DNA from: Cyanidioschyzon merolae
Lineage: Eukaryota
DNA length: 64,000 bases
Direction: 5' to 3' (one strand)
NCBI GenBank assembly: GCA_000091205.1
Contig: AP006488.2
In this document: positions 34,961 through 45,795 of the stretch, piece by piece
Layout: every line of letters begins with the position of its first letter
Numbering within the stretch: position 1 is the first letter of the stretch
Translations under genes and position numbers: made by a program
Notes under the pieces: model-generated
What the model was told of the DNA's origin: nothing
Database searches by the model: none
Seen by the model: the letters and a program-made list of their open reading frames with translations, nothing else

Positions 34961-35365
34961 TCAGTGTCTCTCTTTCTGATATCGTGTTCTGGGGCTGAAC
35001 TTGCGCGTTTCTTTCAAAGCGCTCTCCAGGTTCAATGACTCGGGCAGAATGATATATCGAACCGTAGATCCCCGGATTCGATATTCTCTCGCCTTTTGCT
35101 GAGGTTGATTCCGACGACTCATAGCTGAGGCATCCGGTTCACTGAATCGCTCGGTCCAAGGGGCGACGACCTGGGCCGCGTGCGTCTCCAGAGAAGCAGA
35201 GGGGAGCTCGGCTGGAGGTTTTCCAGTAACGGAAGCGTTCAGCAGGTAAACGTTCATCTCATTATCCACTCGCTGTACAGTTCCCGTGGCCTTCGTCCCA
35301 TCTTTCAGCTCAACAGTAACAGTGGCACCTCGAAGGCGAGTTAGGAAATAAAGCAAGGGGGTCAT
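34961..35365 (-). CDS. SMD1: Sm-fold protein, SmD1-like, with an enlarged Sm1-Sm2 linker and no RG tail
   Basis: The listed ORF starts at TTG 35416; the first ATG is 35365 (MTPLLYFLTRLRGATVTVELKDGTKATGTVQRVDNEMNVYL = Sm1). Sm2 is IRGSTVRYIILPESL. About 49 aa separate the motifs, against about 15 in the human SmD1 sequence as I recall it. Confidence 0.8.
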   Translation of the reverse strand: MTPLLYFLTRLRGATVTVELKDGTKATGTVQRVDNEMNVYLLNASVTGKPPAELPSASLETHAAQVVAPWTERFSEPDASAMSRRNQPQQKAREYRIRGSTVRYIILPESLNLESALKETRKFSPRTRYQKERH

Positions 35366-35679
35366 TTGTCGGCTCAGACGCAGGTGCGCAGGTTGCAGCC
35401 TCTCAAAACTCCCCAAAGAGCGTGACCTAGCGAAACCTGTGAGGCTGCAAGTGGCGCTCGAAACGGAAGCTCGAGAGCGCTGCAGGACCCTTTGGGACTC
35501 GGACTGGTCTCACAGAGTGCACTTGGCCTCAACCGCAGCAAACAAAATCGTTCTGTCTGTGAGAACAGCGCTTGATCAAGTTCAGCAACAGAGGGTAAAG
35601 CTCGTGCGGGCTTAACGGCAGTGCCAGCCGCTTTCGTCAACCCACTGCTGTGACAAGCAACTCTTGCAGGAGTATATGC

Positions 35680-36215
35680 TCAGTAAAACAAAAAAAGTTC
35701 CACAGCCATGGAGGGTACAGAAAACCCATTCATAGAAATCTCCAAGCTTCTTGTGACCGGCCGGCTTCTACTGATTTTGTTTTATCCAGGCATACCTCAT
35801 GCCTGGGAGGCTGCCCCAGAAAGTTGGATTGCGTCAGCTTCGAGGGTCTCGTCTTCAGTACCGCACAGCTCCTTATATTGATGGAGGCGTTGAAGTCTCG
35901 GTTCACAAACCCCATGCTTTGATGGCCTTTGATGGAACGCTTCAGAGGAAGGATTGCCAGAACTCGTCCCCCCTGTGTCAATGTATTCTCGTCGTGGTCC
36001 CGTCGGACAAGCGCCTTATCTCGCCGATCCCCTCACTTCTTCTTCGTCTTCGTCACTGGCTCGTCTTAGCTAGATGGTCGGGGAGGAGACGATTTTTGGC
36101 TTTCTTTCGACAGCCAGCAATGGTGGCCCTGTAGGATCCCCGACTTTCATGTCCATGGCTTTCCCTTGGATTTTTTATTTCTTCAAAATGAACGCACTTC
36201 TTTATGCCCTAATGT
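35680..36215 (-). mobile_element. TnpB/Fanzor-like gene relic, family C copy 2 (5'-truncated)
   Basis: The minus ORF 35730..35981 contains GFVNRDFNASINIRSCAVLKTRPSKLTQSNF. Upstream in the same frame is KAMDMKVGDPTGPP. The non-coding tail is collinear with copies 1 and 3. Confidence 0.6.
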
Positions 36216-36275
36216 GAGGACGTTTCCGACGCGATTAGGACTTGCGGAAGGCAGAGAACATGTGCTCCGGGTGAG

Positions 36276-36920
36276 TCACCGTTTGCTGAATGCATCAGTG
36301 ATTCGTCCAGTGGAGCGATCATTGCGTGCAACGACGGAAAACCCGCCTTCGATGGGGCTCAACCACGGAGAGCGCGGAGGAATGAAAAGCAGCTCGACAC
36401 CAATAGCATCAGCAACAGCTCCAAAGTAACAGGAGTGGTCAAATGCTATGTTGTCCAACAGAATGAAGTCGCCAGGCATCAGGGGGCAAGTCTTTGATGA
36501 TTCGACAAAGTGGTTGGAGCAGTTGGATAGGCGTTCTCTGCCTGCGAAACTGAGGTCGCCGAATATATCCTCAAAAGCTTGAATAAAAGTATGATATCCT
36601 CGTTCTACTCGAGTTCCATCGTACGTACAACGGGTTTCCTAATCCGCGAATATCCATATACGTTCCGATCGGTTCTCCCGATGGAATTCTTATCAACTGA
36701 AAAAAAACAAACCGACGCCCCTCTGCTTCATACTGATAGTGACGTTCCAAGAACTTTGTTGTCTTTGAGCTTTCAGTAGAAGACGGCCGTGCGTGAAAAC
36801 GGTAATATTTTTGCGACGATATCCAAGTGTTTTCAGAGCCGAACGAACAAGCTTTTGAGAAACAGAAATGCCAGTGGTGGCTACTACCGTCGCTTTTGCT
36901 CTCCGTAAGGTGATCAACCA
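36276..36920 (-). mobile_element. Tc1/IS630-like DD34E transposase relic
   Basis: Minus ORF 36276..36479: FILLDNIAFDHSCYFGAVADAIGVELLFIPPRSPWLSPIEGGFS, with 34 residues between the D of DN and the E of PIE. Minus ORF 36693..36917 carries an HTH-like segment GISVSQKLVRSALKTLGYRRKN. The middle part is frameshifted and shortened, and no TIRs were identified. Confidence 0.65.
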
Positions 36921-38883
36921 GTCTCTTTTTTACGATTTACTGCGAGCAGTCTCTGAAAATATTGGTAGCTGGAATAGAGCACAAGTACTTGTTTCTTTCA
37001 GTGTGCCTCAACCATGTCATTCCAGTTGTGTTGCTGACCTGAGGGACGAATGCAATCCCCCTCGCATTTTTCACTAAAGAATATATCCTATATTCAATTC
37101 ATCTGTGACCTCTACGGTACATTGAATGGTCATTTCGATCTCCTGCTCTACACCGAATAGGGGGTGAATCAAAATTGAGTTGAAAAACGATCATCATGGC
37201 GCATACATTGTTTCGCGATTGTGCGTTGGATTCCATGCCTGCACACGGAAACGTACATGTCACTGAACTTTTTGGACCCAGGATCTCCAGGTTCAGTCCT
37301 GAGCGCTGTCGGCAGAACGCCGCGAACACCAGCTGTGCGACTCCTTCGGCTGGTGCGGCGACCAGTTGATGATTTTTCTTTGGGCTGCAGGACGGATGGG
37401 TCGAAGCTGACGCTGCAGCGAACCAGCATTCTCGGGTACATCCCGTTGGCAGGCCCTGGCATCATCCACGCGTTCCATTTCTTGAAGCGAGGGGATCGAT
37501 GACTCCGAGCCGAGGCTCCTGGGATGCAGGGGAAGCATTGGTGATGCTTCCGCTTTCACTGCACATGATCGATATGCCAGCGAAATGATAAGCACGTCCA
37601 TGAAACTGCTCTGAAGCACTGATATGAACGAAGGTCGCCTCCTATTCTGAAAGGATAAAAACTTTGAAATTTTTGCGCACCGCTATGTGTACAATTCGAG
37701 TCCCTTGCTCGCTACTCGTTGTACGAACGGGACGCGGTTTGCAGCGTAGGTCTGGAGCCTGCATGAATATCAACGCGTCATGATAGCGCGTCCACGCGGA
37801 GACTTAGCCGAATACCAATCCAGGTTTTGAGATCTGGATATCCTTCGATATATATGGTAACCATATGAACTGTGCGATCCGTGGCATCGGGTCGCGAAAA
37901 ATAAATCAATCGAAAAAGAGCCCCGTGGCTACTTCTGGAATGTATCTACGCACGGTCGCTTCGTTTCAGCAGCCACGTTTTCTCGCAACGAGCACAAGTT
38001 CCAGCTTGCACGCCTCAGCTGCGTTCGACTCAGCGCTCTCTGGGAAGCACACACTCGCGTTTTTCGCACGGTCTGCAAGACCCCGAGGCATCCGCGGAAC
38101 CCTGCGGCGTCCGCGAGTGCTCACAGGCGCTCTGAGCTCGGAAGAGCGGATCGTATCCCGGTGAAGAAGATGCCTGCTTCAGGCACGGAACCAAAATTGA
38201 TATTGTGGAGATGATTCCCGCACAAGAAGCACAGCCACTCATGCTGAATGCCCGACAACGGGCGGGGATCATGGAATACGATGCATGTTGACCGTGGACG
38301 AGCGGTTGAACGTAACGCGCCCTTGTGTGCTCCCAGCCGTGAACCCGTCATCGCTCACGTATCGGTATCGATTTCCATAGGTTCCCCGCATAGCCACCGA
38401 ATGCGATCCACTAAACCATTTCATATATCCGAAATGTAGGTCGTCTCGGGTGGCTGAATTCCTTGCGAGCACGGACACGGCACATACAGCATGCACCAAT
38501 ACAACGTTTATGATGCCTGCCCCCTCGAAGACACATAGGAAAGCACATGCTGCACCCTTCAATATAACATGCGTCCTGTTTGCTTCCTCGCAGAGTCAAG
38601 CAGAGCTCATACTGCACGCACCTTCGCGATGTATTCGACGCCAGCGAAAGTTAAGCGTTCGGGCCGTGCCAAACAAGACCAGCAAAGTCATCGCTGCGAG
38701 CAATTTCATAGTGCATTGATGATTACATTTATCATGATGATTCTAAAGAGCGATACACTTGGTACTGCCGCCGATCCGACTCGAGAAATTTCACCCGCCA
38801 CTACAATAGATATTGATCCACAGAGTACATCCTCCAGGAATGCCCGCTAAAGTGCGCAAGTACATGCATCCGAGCTAGCGTCA

Positions 38884-40188
38884 TCACTGCCCATCCCAGT
38901 CGTGCAGCTCCGGTGGGAGCGGCCGATCGACCTCGCTGATCTTTACCGGCATGCCGGTCTGGTAGCTTTGCCGAGCAGCCATGGCAATGACTACCGGCGC
39001 TCGGCCGTCGAAACCGGTGCACTGAATGGGTGTCCCATCGAGCAATGAGCTGCAAAAGGCATCCATTTCCCGAATGAACGAGTCCGTATATCGCTCCATA
39101 AAAAAATGCATAGGCAAGTCGCGCTGAATATGGTGAGCGGTGCTGACAATCGCTGTGTTCGGATAGCTGTTGTTGATAGAAATCGACCCAGCACTACCGA
39201 ACACCTCGCAGCGCTGATCGTATCCGTAGACTGCACTGCGGGAGTTGTCGATCGTGCCGATCGTACGGTTCCGAAACTTCAACATTACCACAGACGTGTC
39301 GACGTCTCCGTACTGAGCAATCTCAGGTGATATGCGGACAGCTCCATACGCGAAGACCTCGTCGACTTCATTGCCAATAAGAAAGCGAGCCATATCAAAA
39401 TCGTGGATTGCGCAGTCCATCCAGATTCCCCCTGAGGTTGCGGAGTAGTGGGCCGGTGGTGGCTCCGGATCACGGCTCACGATGTGGAAAATATGGGTTT
39501 CGCCGATCTCACCGGTCTCGATCGCTTTGCGAACTCGCATGTAGTTGGTATCGAAACGACGATTGAAGCCGACCTGAAGCTTGACGCCAGCCTTGCGGAC
39601 TGCGGTAAGGGCCTCGTCGATCCTGCCCAAATCGATGTCGATCGGTTTCTCGACGAAAATGTGTTTTCCTGCCTGAGCTGCCTCAATCATCTGCCGCGTA
39701 TGCTGCGTACTTGCTGAGCAAATGCATACTGCGTCCACATTCGGGTCGTCCAGGAGCTGGTGATAGTCAAAGTAGGGTTTGCAGCCAGCGGCCAGGGAGC
39801 AGCGCTCCGCGAGCTCCCGGGTGCCGGAGGCCACCCCGCACAAGTTGGCGCGTCGAAGTCTGAAAGCGATGTTCTCAGCGTGGACTTGGCCGATCCGCCC
39901 CGCACCGATGACCGCTACATTCACCTTATCACGAGCAACCACACCTTTCTTAGCGGAAGGTCCAGACGCGGGCGAAGCTGACGCTGGAGCAGGCGACGCC
40001 GACTGCGAGCGCAGCCCGCGCAGTGCCGAACAACCGGAGCGGCGCCGCGGAAACGCTCTCGTCCTCGAACGAAACACATAGCGGTTGTTTTCTCCCGTAA
40101 ACCTCAAGCAAAATCCTGCACATTGAGAGTTGCAGTCGTCCCTGGGAACAATATTCAACGAAACAAACGCCATGAGTACAGAGTTCAT
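38884..40188 (-). CDS. Gfo/Idh/MocA-family oxidoreductase, myo-inositol 2-dehydrogenase-like, with about 95-aa N-terminal extension
   Basis: ATG at 40188. Rossmann motif VAVIGAGRIGQVHAENI, then HIFVEKPI, VGFNRRFD and a C-terminal alpha/beta domain collinear with IolG-type enzymes. The extension is rich in S/A/P/R (SQSASPAPASASPASGPS). Confidence 0.85.
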   Translation of the reverse strand: MNSVLMAFVSLNIVPRDDCNSQCAGFCLRFTGENNRYVFRSRTRAFPRRRSGCSALRGLRSQSASPAPASASPASGPSAKKGVVARDKVNVAVIGAGRIGQVHAENIAFRLRRANLCGVASGTRELAERCSLAAGCKPYFDYHQLLDDPNVDAVCICSASTQHTRQMIEAAQAGKHIFVEKPIDIDLGRIDEALTAVRKAGVKLQVGFNRRFDTNYMRVRKAIETGEIGETHIFHIVSRDPEPPPAHYSATSGGIWMDCAIHDFDMARFLIGNEVDEVFAYGAVRISPEIAQYGDVDTSVVMLKFRNRTIGTIDNSRSAVYGYDQRCEVFGSAGSISINNSYPNTAIVSTAHHIQRDLPMHFFMERYTDSFIREMDAFCSSLLDGTPIQCTGFDGRAPVVIAMAARQSYQTGMPVKISEVDRPLPPELHDWDGQ

Positions 40189-40572
40189 GCCTTCGTCGCA
40201 ACTGCGTTCCAGCGCTTGAACGAAATCCGTTGCGCGTGCAGCTGAGACGACGTAGACGCCTTCATCGCCGTGACACCGTCGATTTCGCGGAAGGCGATGT
40301 CGGGGCTGGTGCGTTTTTTCCCATCATGCTCGATACGGAACGATGCAAATCAGAGTTCTATGGAAAATGGATGCTGAGCGGGCGGTTTTTAGTCTGTTGA
40401 ACAAATATTTGGTTCCCAGGAATTTCTGTCGAAGAGAGATATTCCTCTGGTAACCGTGACGCTGGTGGAATCGAAACGCGCAGCAGTCGGTTGTTGCAGG
40501 TAGATGGCGTACAACTGTCGTTCAGGTAATTGTACGCCATGGAGATGCAGGAGAGAAACGTGCATGACGTAT

Positions 40573-41100
40573 TCATGCGTGCATACAGCAGTAGAGACCT
40601 TTCGCTCTTCGGGATAACGGTTTGGAATCGCGTCTACGGGGCCTCGGCGGGCGTTGGACAGGCATCTGCTCCGAGTTCTTGGGTGTCCCAGCGTGCATAC
40701 GATTCTGGAAAAAGCTGGCAACATTCAAGACTTTTGGAATTTTGAGAGGCGGATTCTCAAGTTTTCGTTTATGCGCGACGCGAGCATGAAATGCAGCACG
40801 CATCAGAGCTTTGGCTTCGTCTTTGGGCGCAGTGCATCGGACGCGGCATTCTTCAGAATGCTTGGTTTCGGGGGATTTTCGAGTCAAAAACGGAACCTGA
40901 TGGAGCACCGTGTCGCGCATGATGCGAACAAGGTCGCAGATCCGGGCAGCATATGACGGGCAGAGAACAATTTTCATTATGAGGACCAACACCTTAGAGC
41001 AAGCATCCTTCCCATGCGGAAATGATCCAGGGATATAAGGAAGTGCAGTGCGCCGTTCGGGCGTGACTTGTGGGATTTCCTGAGGAGAAAGCGCTTCCAT
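40573..41100 (-). CDS. Hypothetical protein (175 aa), basic C-terminus
   Basis: ATG-initiated ORF in a gene-sized gap, divergent from the 41600 gene. I could not recognise a family, so coding status is unproven. Confidence 0.35.
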   Translation of the reverse strand: MEALSPQEIPQVTPERRTALPYIPGSFPHGKDACSKVLVLIMKIVLCPSYAARICDLVRIMRDTVLHQVPFLTRKSPETKHSEECRVRCTAPKDEAKALMRAAFHARVAHKRKLENPPLKIPKVLNVASFFQNRMHAGTPKNSEQMPVQRPPRPRRRDSKPLSRRAKGLYCCMHA

Positions 41101-41599
41101 GGAAACTCTAGTGGAGCAAACTTCTGTTCCTGGAGGTGGATTTACTTTAAACCTTTAGTGCCCGGCTACACCAAACCCCGGAATCAACTATATCCTAAAT
41201 CCATTTGGAGAACTGGCTTATGCAGCGTCTGGCTTCTGCCGTCACTCGACCCATAGAAAGAACAAAAGATGCCGCGATGTTCATTCCTTGCCAGGAAATC
41301 CGAGCGAGACGCCAGCGATCGACTCGTGACGCGCACGCCTCGAAAATCGGACAGCAGCGCGTACGCCGCTCAAGGCTCGAAACGTGTCCGTCAAAATATC
41401 GGAACGCTTACAGGTAGTAACGCAAGAACACAGGTACGCGAGCTTCCTAGTCTATTTCGCTGAACAACTTTGTAGACTGCAAGCAGAAGCGCTCAAAATA
41501 AAGGCTACTCGCAAGAATTGAGCGCTTGCTGGCTGAACTCGGACTGGTCTTCCGGAGCCCTGGACAAGCCGCTCTAATCGTCAAACGCCTCGAGTTTAT

Positions 41600-42163
41600 A
41601 TGGCCACGCTGCCAAAGGACCTTCCGTCGCTAGAAGAGCTATTTGTTAATTGCCTGCAGAAAAGACTTGAGGGGAGAAACTCTGCAGAACTTGAAGTCGT
41701 TGACGCTGTAGAAGAGGAGTTTACGCAACTTTACAACGCGACATATCCTGTTGCCACGCTTCGCGGAAGTTTAGCTGATTTGGAGCGTAGCTTGGACAAT
41801 GCGCGCGAGAACAGGCTCCATCTCCATCGAGAGCGTACCAGAGTAATGCTCGAAGAAATAGAATCTATGCAGAGACAGCTGGCCGCTGAAAAAGAGGTGC
41901 TGGACCGGCTCACACGGAGGCGAAACGAGCTCCTCGAACGTTGGTCGGCAGCAGCGCACCGACGGGTGCTGCAGAATGCACTGCAGGAACAGGCAGCGGC
42001 AGTTGAGGATGCCCGCCAGGCATTAATTCAGTGTCGTCGTGAATGCACTTTTGATGAAATACGAAGCTATGGGGAGAACTTTTTGCAGAAACGCACGCGA
42101 CAGCGCATGATAGAGGATATGATTGGCCGGTCTGAAGATTTTTTGACGAGGAATCACGCTTGA
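41600..42163 (+). CDS. Coiled-coil protein, possible ESCRT-I VPS37/Mod(r)-like
   Basis: ATG at 41600, heptad-rich. The C-terminal part WSAAAHRRVLQNALQEQAAAVEDARQAL...FDEIRSYGENFLQKRTRQRMIEDM resembles the Mod(r) pattern (..eeeSe.ia..Fl.g.i....F...F...R...h.Rr.k.e). The assignment is weak. Confidence 0.45.
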   Translation: MATLPKDLPSLEELFVNCLQKRLEGRNSAELEVVDAVEEEFTQLYNATYPVATLRGSLADLERSLDNARENRLHLHRERTRVMLEEIESMQRQLAAEKEVLDRLTRRRNELLERWSAAAHRRVLQNALQEQAAAVEDARQALIQCRRECTFDEIRSYGENFLQKRTRQRMIEDMIGRSEDFLTRNHA

Positions 42164-42929
42164 GCCCAGCATCTTCATAGAAGACGTGCTCCAGACGCCA
42201 AGATTTTGCGTGGCTCGTATACCAGATGAAAACTTGCCCAAAGCCTAGAACATGGTTGCAAGGAACCCTGGGTCCAACTGGATCATGCAGGATGCGCTTT
42301 CGTAAGGGCATGTGGTAGCCACGGTCACCGCACCGGTATCGATGCACCGCGGCGCATAAACATGGCTCAGATGCAACGGGGCAACGGTTGAAGGCTACCG
42401 GGTAGCGTCAGCTGTGGAGCTGCACGGGTACGTACACAAGCAGAGCAGCGAATCATGTGCAGCGGGAGCTCATTGTCGCAAATTCATCATGGTTTCGTTA
42501 CAGCATGCTTGTAACTAGCGAATACACGACATAGGCGCGCAAAAGTCTTTTATATTACCGTTGTGCGTTCCTGAAACATGAATGCTGTGGCTGTTCAGCG
42601 AGTGCATGCCACTTCGCACGATGAACTCCGCTGTCGTGCTCGAGAATGCATGGCCCATGCCATCAGCGGTGGCACTGAAACGAAACCTGCTGCAACTTCG
42701 ATGGTCGGTCGGCGAAAAGCATGAACCTGTCCCATGGTAATCGGCGTCATGGTTGTAACGCTCTCTGTTCGACACTGGGACACCGCGCCGGACTAGGTTG
42801 CGCAGGTCCATCACATCATCATGAAGCTTCCGCTGGAGACATAGGACTTTGCCATCTCTTCAACTCGTGTCCCGAATGTTTTGTCAAATAAGCCTCTACA
42901 CCCAAGTCGGACGAGAATAGAGCAGATAA

Positions 42930-44330
42930 ACTTTGCCAACTCGGGTGCATACTCCAGAGTTCTCTATTCTTCGAGCCATCACGAGCGCCGTCCTTGGCAA
43001 TGTCTTTCTGCGACTCCTTCTTCCTTATCTCTTATCTCCGGTATTGAAATACGCCAATCCCTCCTGTCCCGCCAGCTTTTTTGTCAGCTGTCGAGGGACG
43101 TTGATCCCAGCGCTAGTCCCGATATTGCCGGTTGCGGGTGTTGACGACACATTTCATGCACTGGCGCAGGTTGAGATCTAGGCTGCGCATGCCATTGCCA
43201 TCTTCTCGTTTGTAAAGCGTGTTGGTGTATCCCTCGCAGCGGTGACACTCTAGTGTGATACGATGTTTCGAGATGTCCACCGCATCTCATGCTCTGGGAG
43301 CCTCCTCGTAGCACGCGAAGCAGTCCAGAGGTCTCGCCTCTATGCCCTAGTCCATTTCCGCACCCATCGCCATCCCCTATAATAACAGGCTTATTATGAG
43401 CGACTTTCTCGGCGAACGCGCTATCCGCTGCGCGCGCAAGAGCACGCTGTTCCATTGAATAGAGAGGATTTCTGGAACGCGATGTTTTCCATGATGAAAC
43501 AAATACCAGAAGGAAAATTCAGACTGGAGACAAAGTCGATCAATTTCGAGCCGTCTGCGCCCCGTGTGTGTCATGCGTTGGCGCGCGCTCTCTCCACTCG
43601 GAGCGATCGTTGCGAGGACTCAAGTCCGAGTTTAGGACCCTTTGCCATTCGAACAGAAGACACGGGAACCTCTCGGAGCATAAACATTGATCGAAATACT
43701 GCAGGTGACGAATGGCGATTCGTCGACGGCCACAGCCCCAGGCAGAAATGTCTTTCGAGTGAAATCCATTGTTTGACATGTGAAGTTCATTGAGTTTTCG
43801 ACACGAGCTTTTGAACGATTCGTCAAGGAACACGCCGAGAGTTCTTCCTCATCAATCCAATGGCGTGAGTTTTTGTTGCGCCTTCGAGTTGCTTTGTGGC
43901 AGCTTGACCGAGTATTTGAAGAATGCGTAATTTGCACGTGTCGCATGCAAGGAAAAGAGAAGAGTGGCGGTTTGTAGGTATGACTCGATTGATGTTATCT
44001 GTTTGTTTACGAATCCCTGATCGCGGGCCTTGTGAATCATGTCGATGACGATGTCGTGACAAATCCCGGCGGCAAAGTATCGAATGAGCCATTCCAAAAA
44101 GTCCACCGCAAATCCGAAACCACTGCGTAGATCCATATGCCACTACTAGTGCAGTTTAGATTCACAGGTTGCACATAAATGAAAATATCGGAATATAATC
44201 GAAAAGCAGGAAGAGAACGAGCTGTTCAGCGTTCCGATTTGATTCTGAAACAGGACTAGTACCAGTGGGTTGTCTGGTTTCCGAAAGCAAACATATACTC
44301 GGGAAGTTTTCGTTGGATTTATCGATCTCA
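42930..44330 (-). mobile_element. RT-bearing repeat family A, copy A5 (old, decayed)
   Basis: Minus peptides are GFGFAVDFLEWLIRYF...IHKARDQGFV, AVAVDESPFVTCSISINVYAPRG (KAFD-type position), LSIQWNSVLLR and MRCGGHLETSYH (CCHC-like). The plus strand is collinear with the A3 unit (ggcaatgtctttctgcgactcc...). Confidence 0.6.
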
Positions 44331-44735
44331 CGCCGCAAAAAAGATTCGCGGGGAAACATTGTTGTACGCTTGCAGATAGTGAAACATTTAGTCCGTTATC
44401 AGAAAGCGTTTGGGAGAACGCGGACCAGGACTTTTGTAGGCAACGCTTAGAGATGAGGCTCGCCTTAAAACAGCATGGGCAGCCTATCGAGCTGCTGCTT
44501 CCCTGATGATGTCGTCGGCACCACAGTGAATATCCACGGTGCGCTCATCAGAAGGAGACCTGGTGGAATGAACGAGCGTGGGATCTTGACGCAAGACCCA
44601 CTTGGAGCAAACGGAAACTTGGAGCTGCTGGGTAGAAGCTAATATGCGTTCTTGCTACGGGTAGCTTTCGTCCAACTGCGATCATTTATTTTGATCTGTT
44701 TACCCACAAACCAGTTAAACTTATGCTCTGTGAAA

Positions 44736-45650
44736 CGAACAACATTTCACGACTATGACGTGTACATATTCACCCTTTCACAGACGCTTCCCAGCCTCTT
44801 TCGACCGGTCGCCTGCTATCGGTTTTCGTTTCTCCAGGCACTCCTCTAGCCGTAGAGCGTGTACCACAAGTTGGATCGCGTCAGCTCCTCGGGCCTCGTC
44901 TTCAGCACCGATCCTCGTATGATATTGACGGCAGCATTGAAATTCCGTTTCACGAGCTCATTGCGTGTATTGCCTCTGGCTGAACTTGCTAATGCAGGGA
45001 CTGCTAAATCAAGCAATCCTCTCTGCCGCTGCAGTCTCGATATCATCGCGTCAGACATGAAAACCTCTCCTCGCCTATCGCCCGCCTTCTTCATCTCCGT
45101 TACGCGCTCTTATTCGCTCGATGATCGGTGAGACAAGGATTTTTCCGTTTTTTTGCCGGCAGCCGGCGACACCGAGCCTCCAAGATCCTCGACTTCCATG
45201 TCCATAAATTTCCCTTGGATTTCTTATTTTTGAAAACTTACGCACTTCGAAAGCATCTGCCACGAACCAGGAAAAATCATCTGATGACACACACCGAGAG
45301 GTGGAACGCAACTGAGGTGTAAAACGATAACAACCCAATGCGACGTTGCAGATGCCTAGTCGCAGCGGTGACACGGGCGCCCGCGCATTCCTCCCCAAGT
45401 CCTGGCCAGGTGTGTTGCTCGCCGAGACAGTGCGAAGCAGCTGCGTAAAGGTTCAACGGAGACCGCACGAGTTCCTCGGAGGACACGAACCAAACCCATA
45501 ACACGCTGAGTAAGCGTGCTAGTACATCGCAGAGCTTGATCGCCATCGAGCAAAGCAGCAAACTTTGCGCGCCCTGAGCAAGTCGATAACCGTAACGCAG
45601 CCCCTCCAGGTGGAAAGACGCGCTCGTTCGGGCGTCAGAGAAAACCAACC
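44736..45650 (-). mobile_element. TnpB/Fanzor-like gene relic, family C copy 3 (longest)
   Basis: The minus ORF 44846..45094 ends in ...NELVKRNFNAAVNIIRGSVLKTRPEELTRSNL. Upstream in the same frame is SWQMLSKCVSFQK*EIQGKFMDMEVEDLGGSVSPAAGKK, where TnpB/Fanzor carry ...L.YK...G..V..V.E.YTS..C..CG. It has stops and frameshifts. The upper boundary is approximate. Confidence 0.65.
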
Positions 45651-45795
45651 ATAGTCTATCGTAGCGCTCCGTCGTTCAATTAGATGTTTTGTTACGGAAA
45701 GTTGTTATGCATTCACTTGTAACCTGCGACATTCGGCTGCAGTAACCCGTCCTTGCGAGATAGTTTGCTACCCGAAGCCCGTCCCGAGGTGTACG

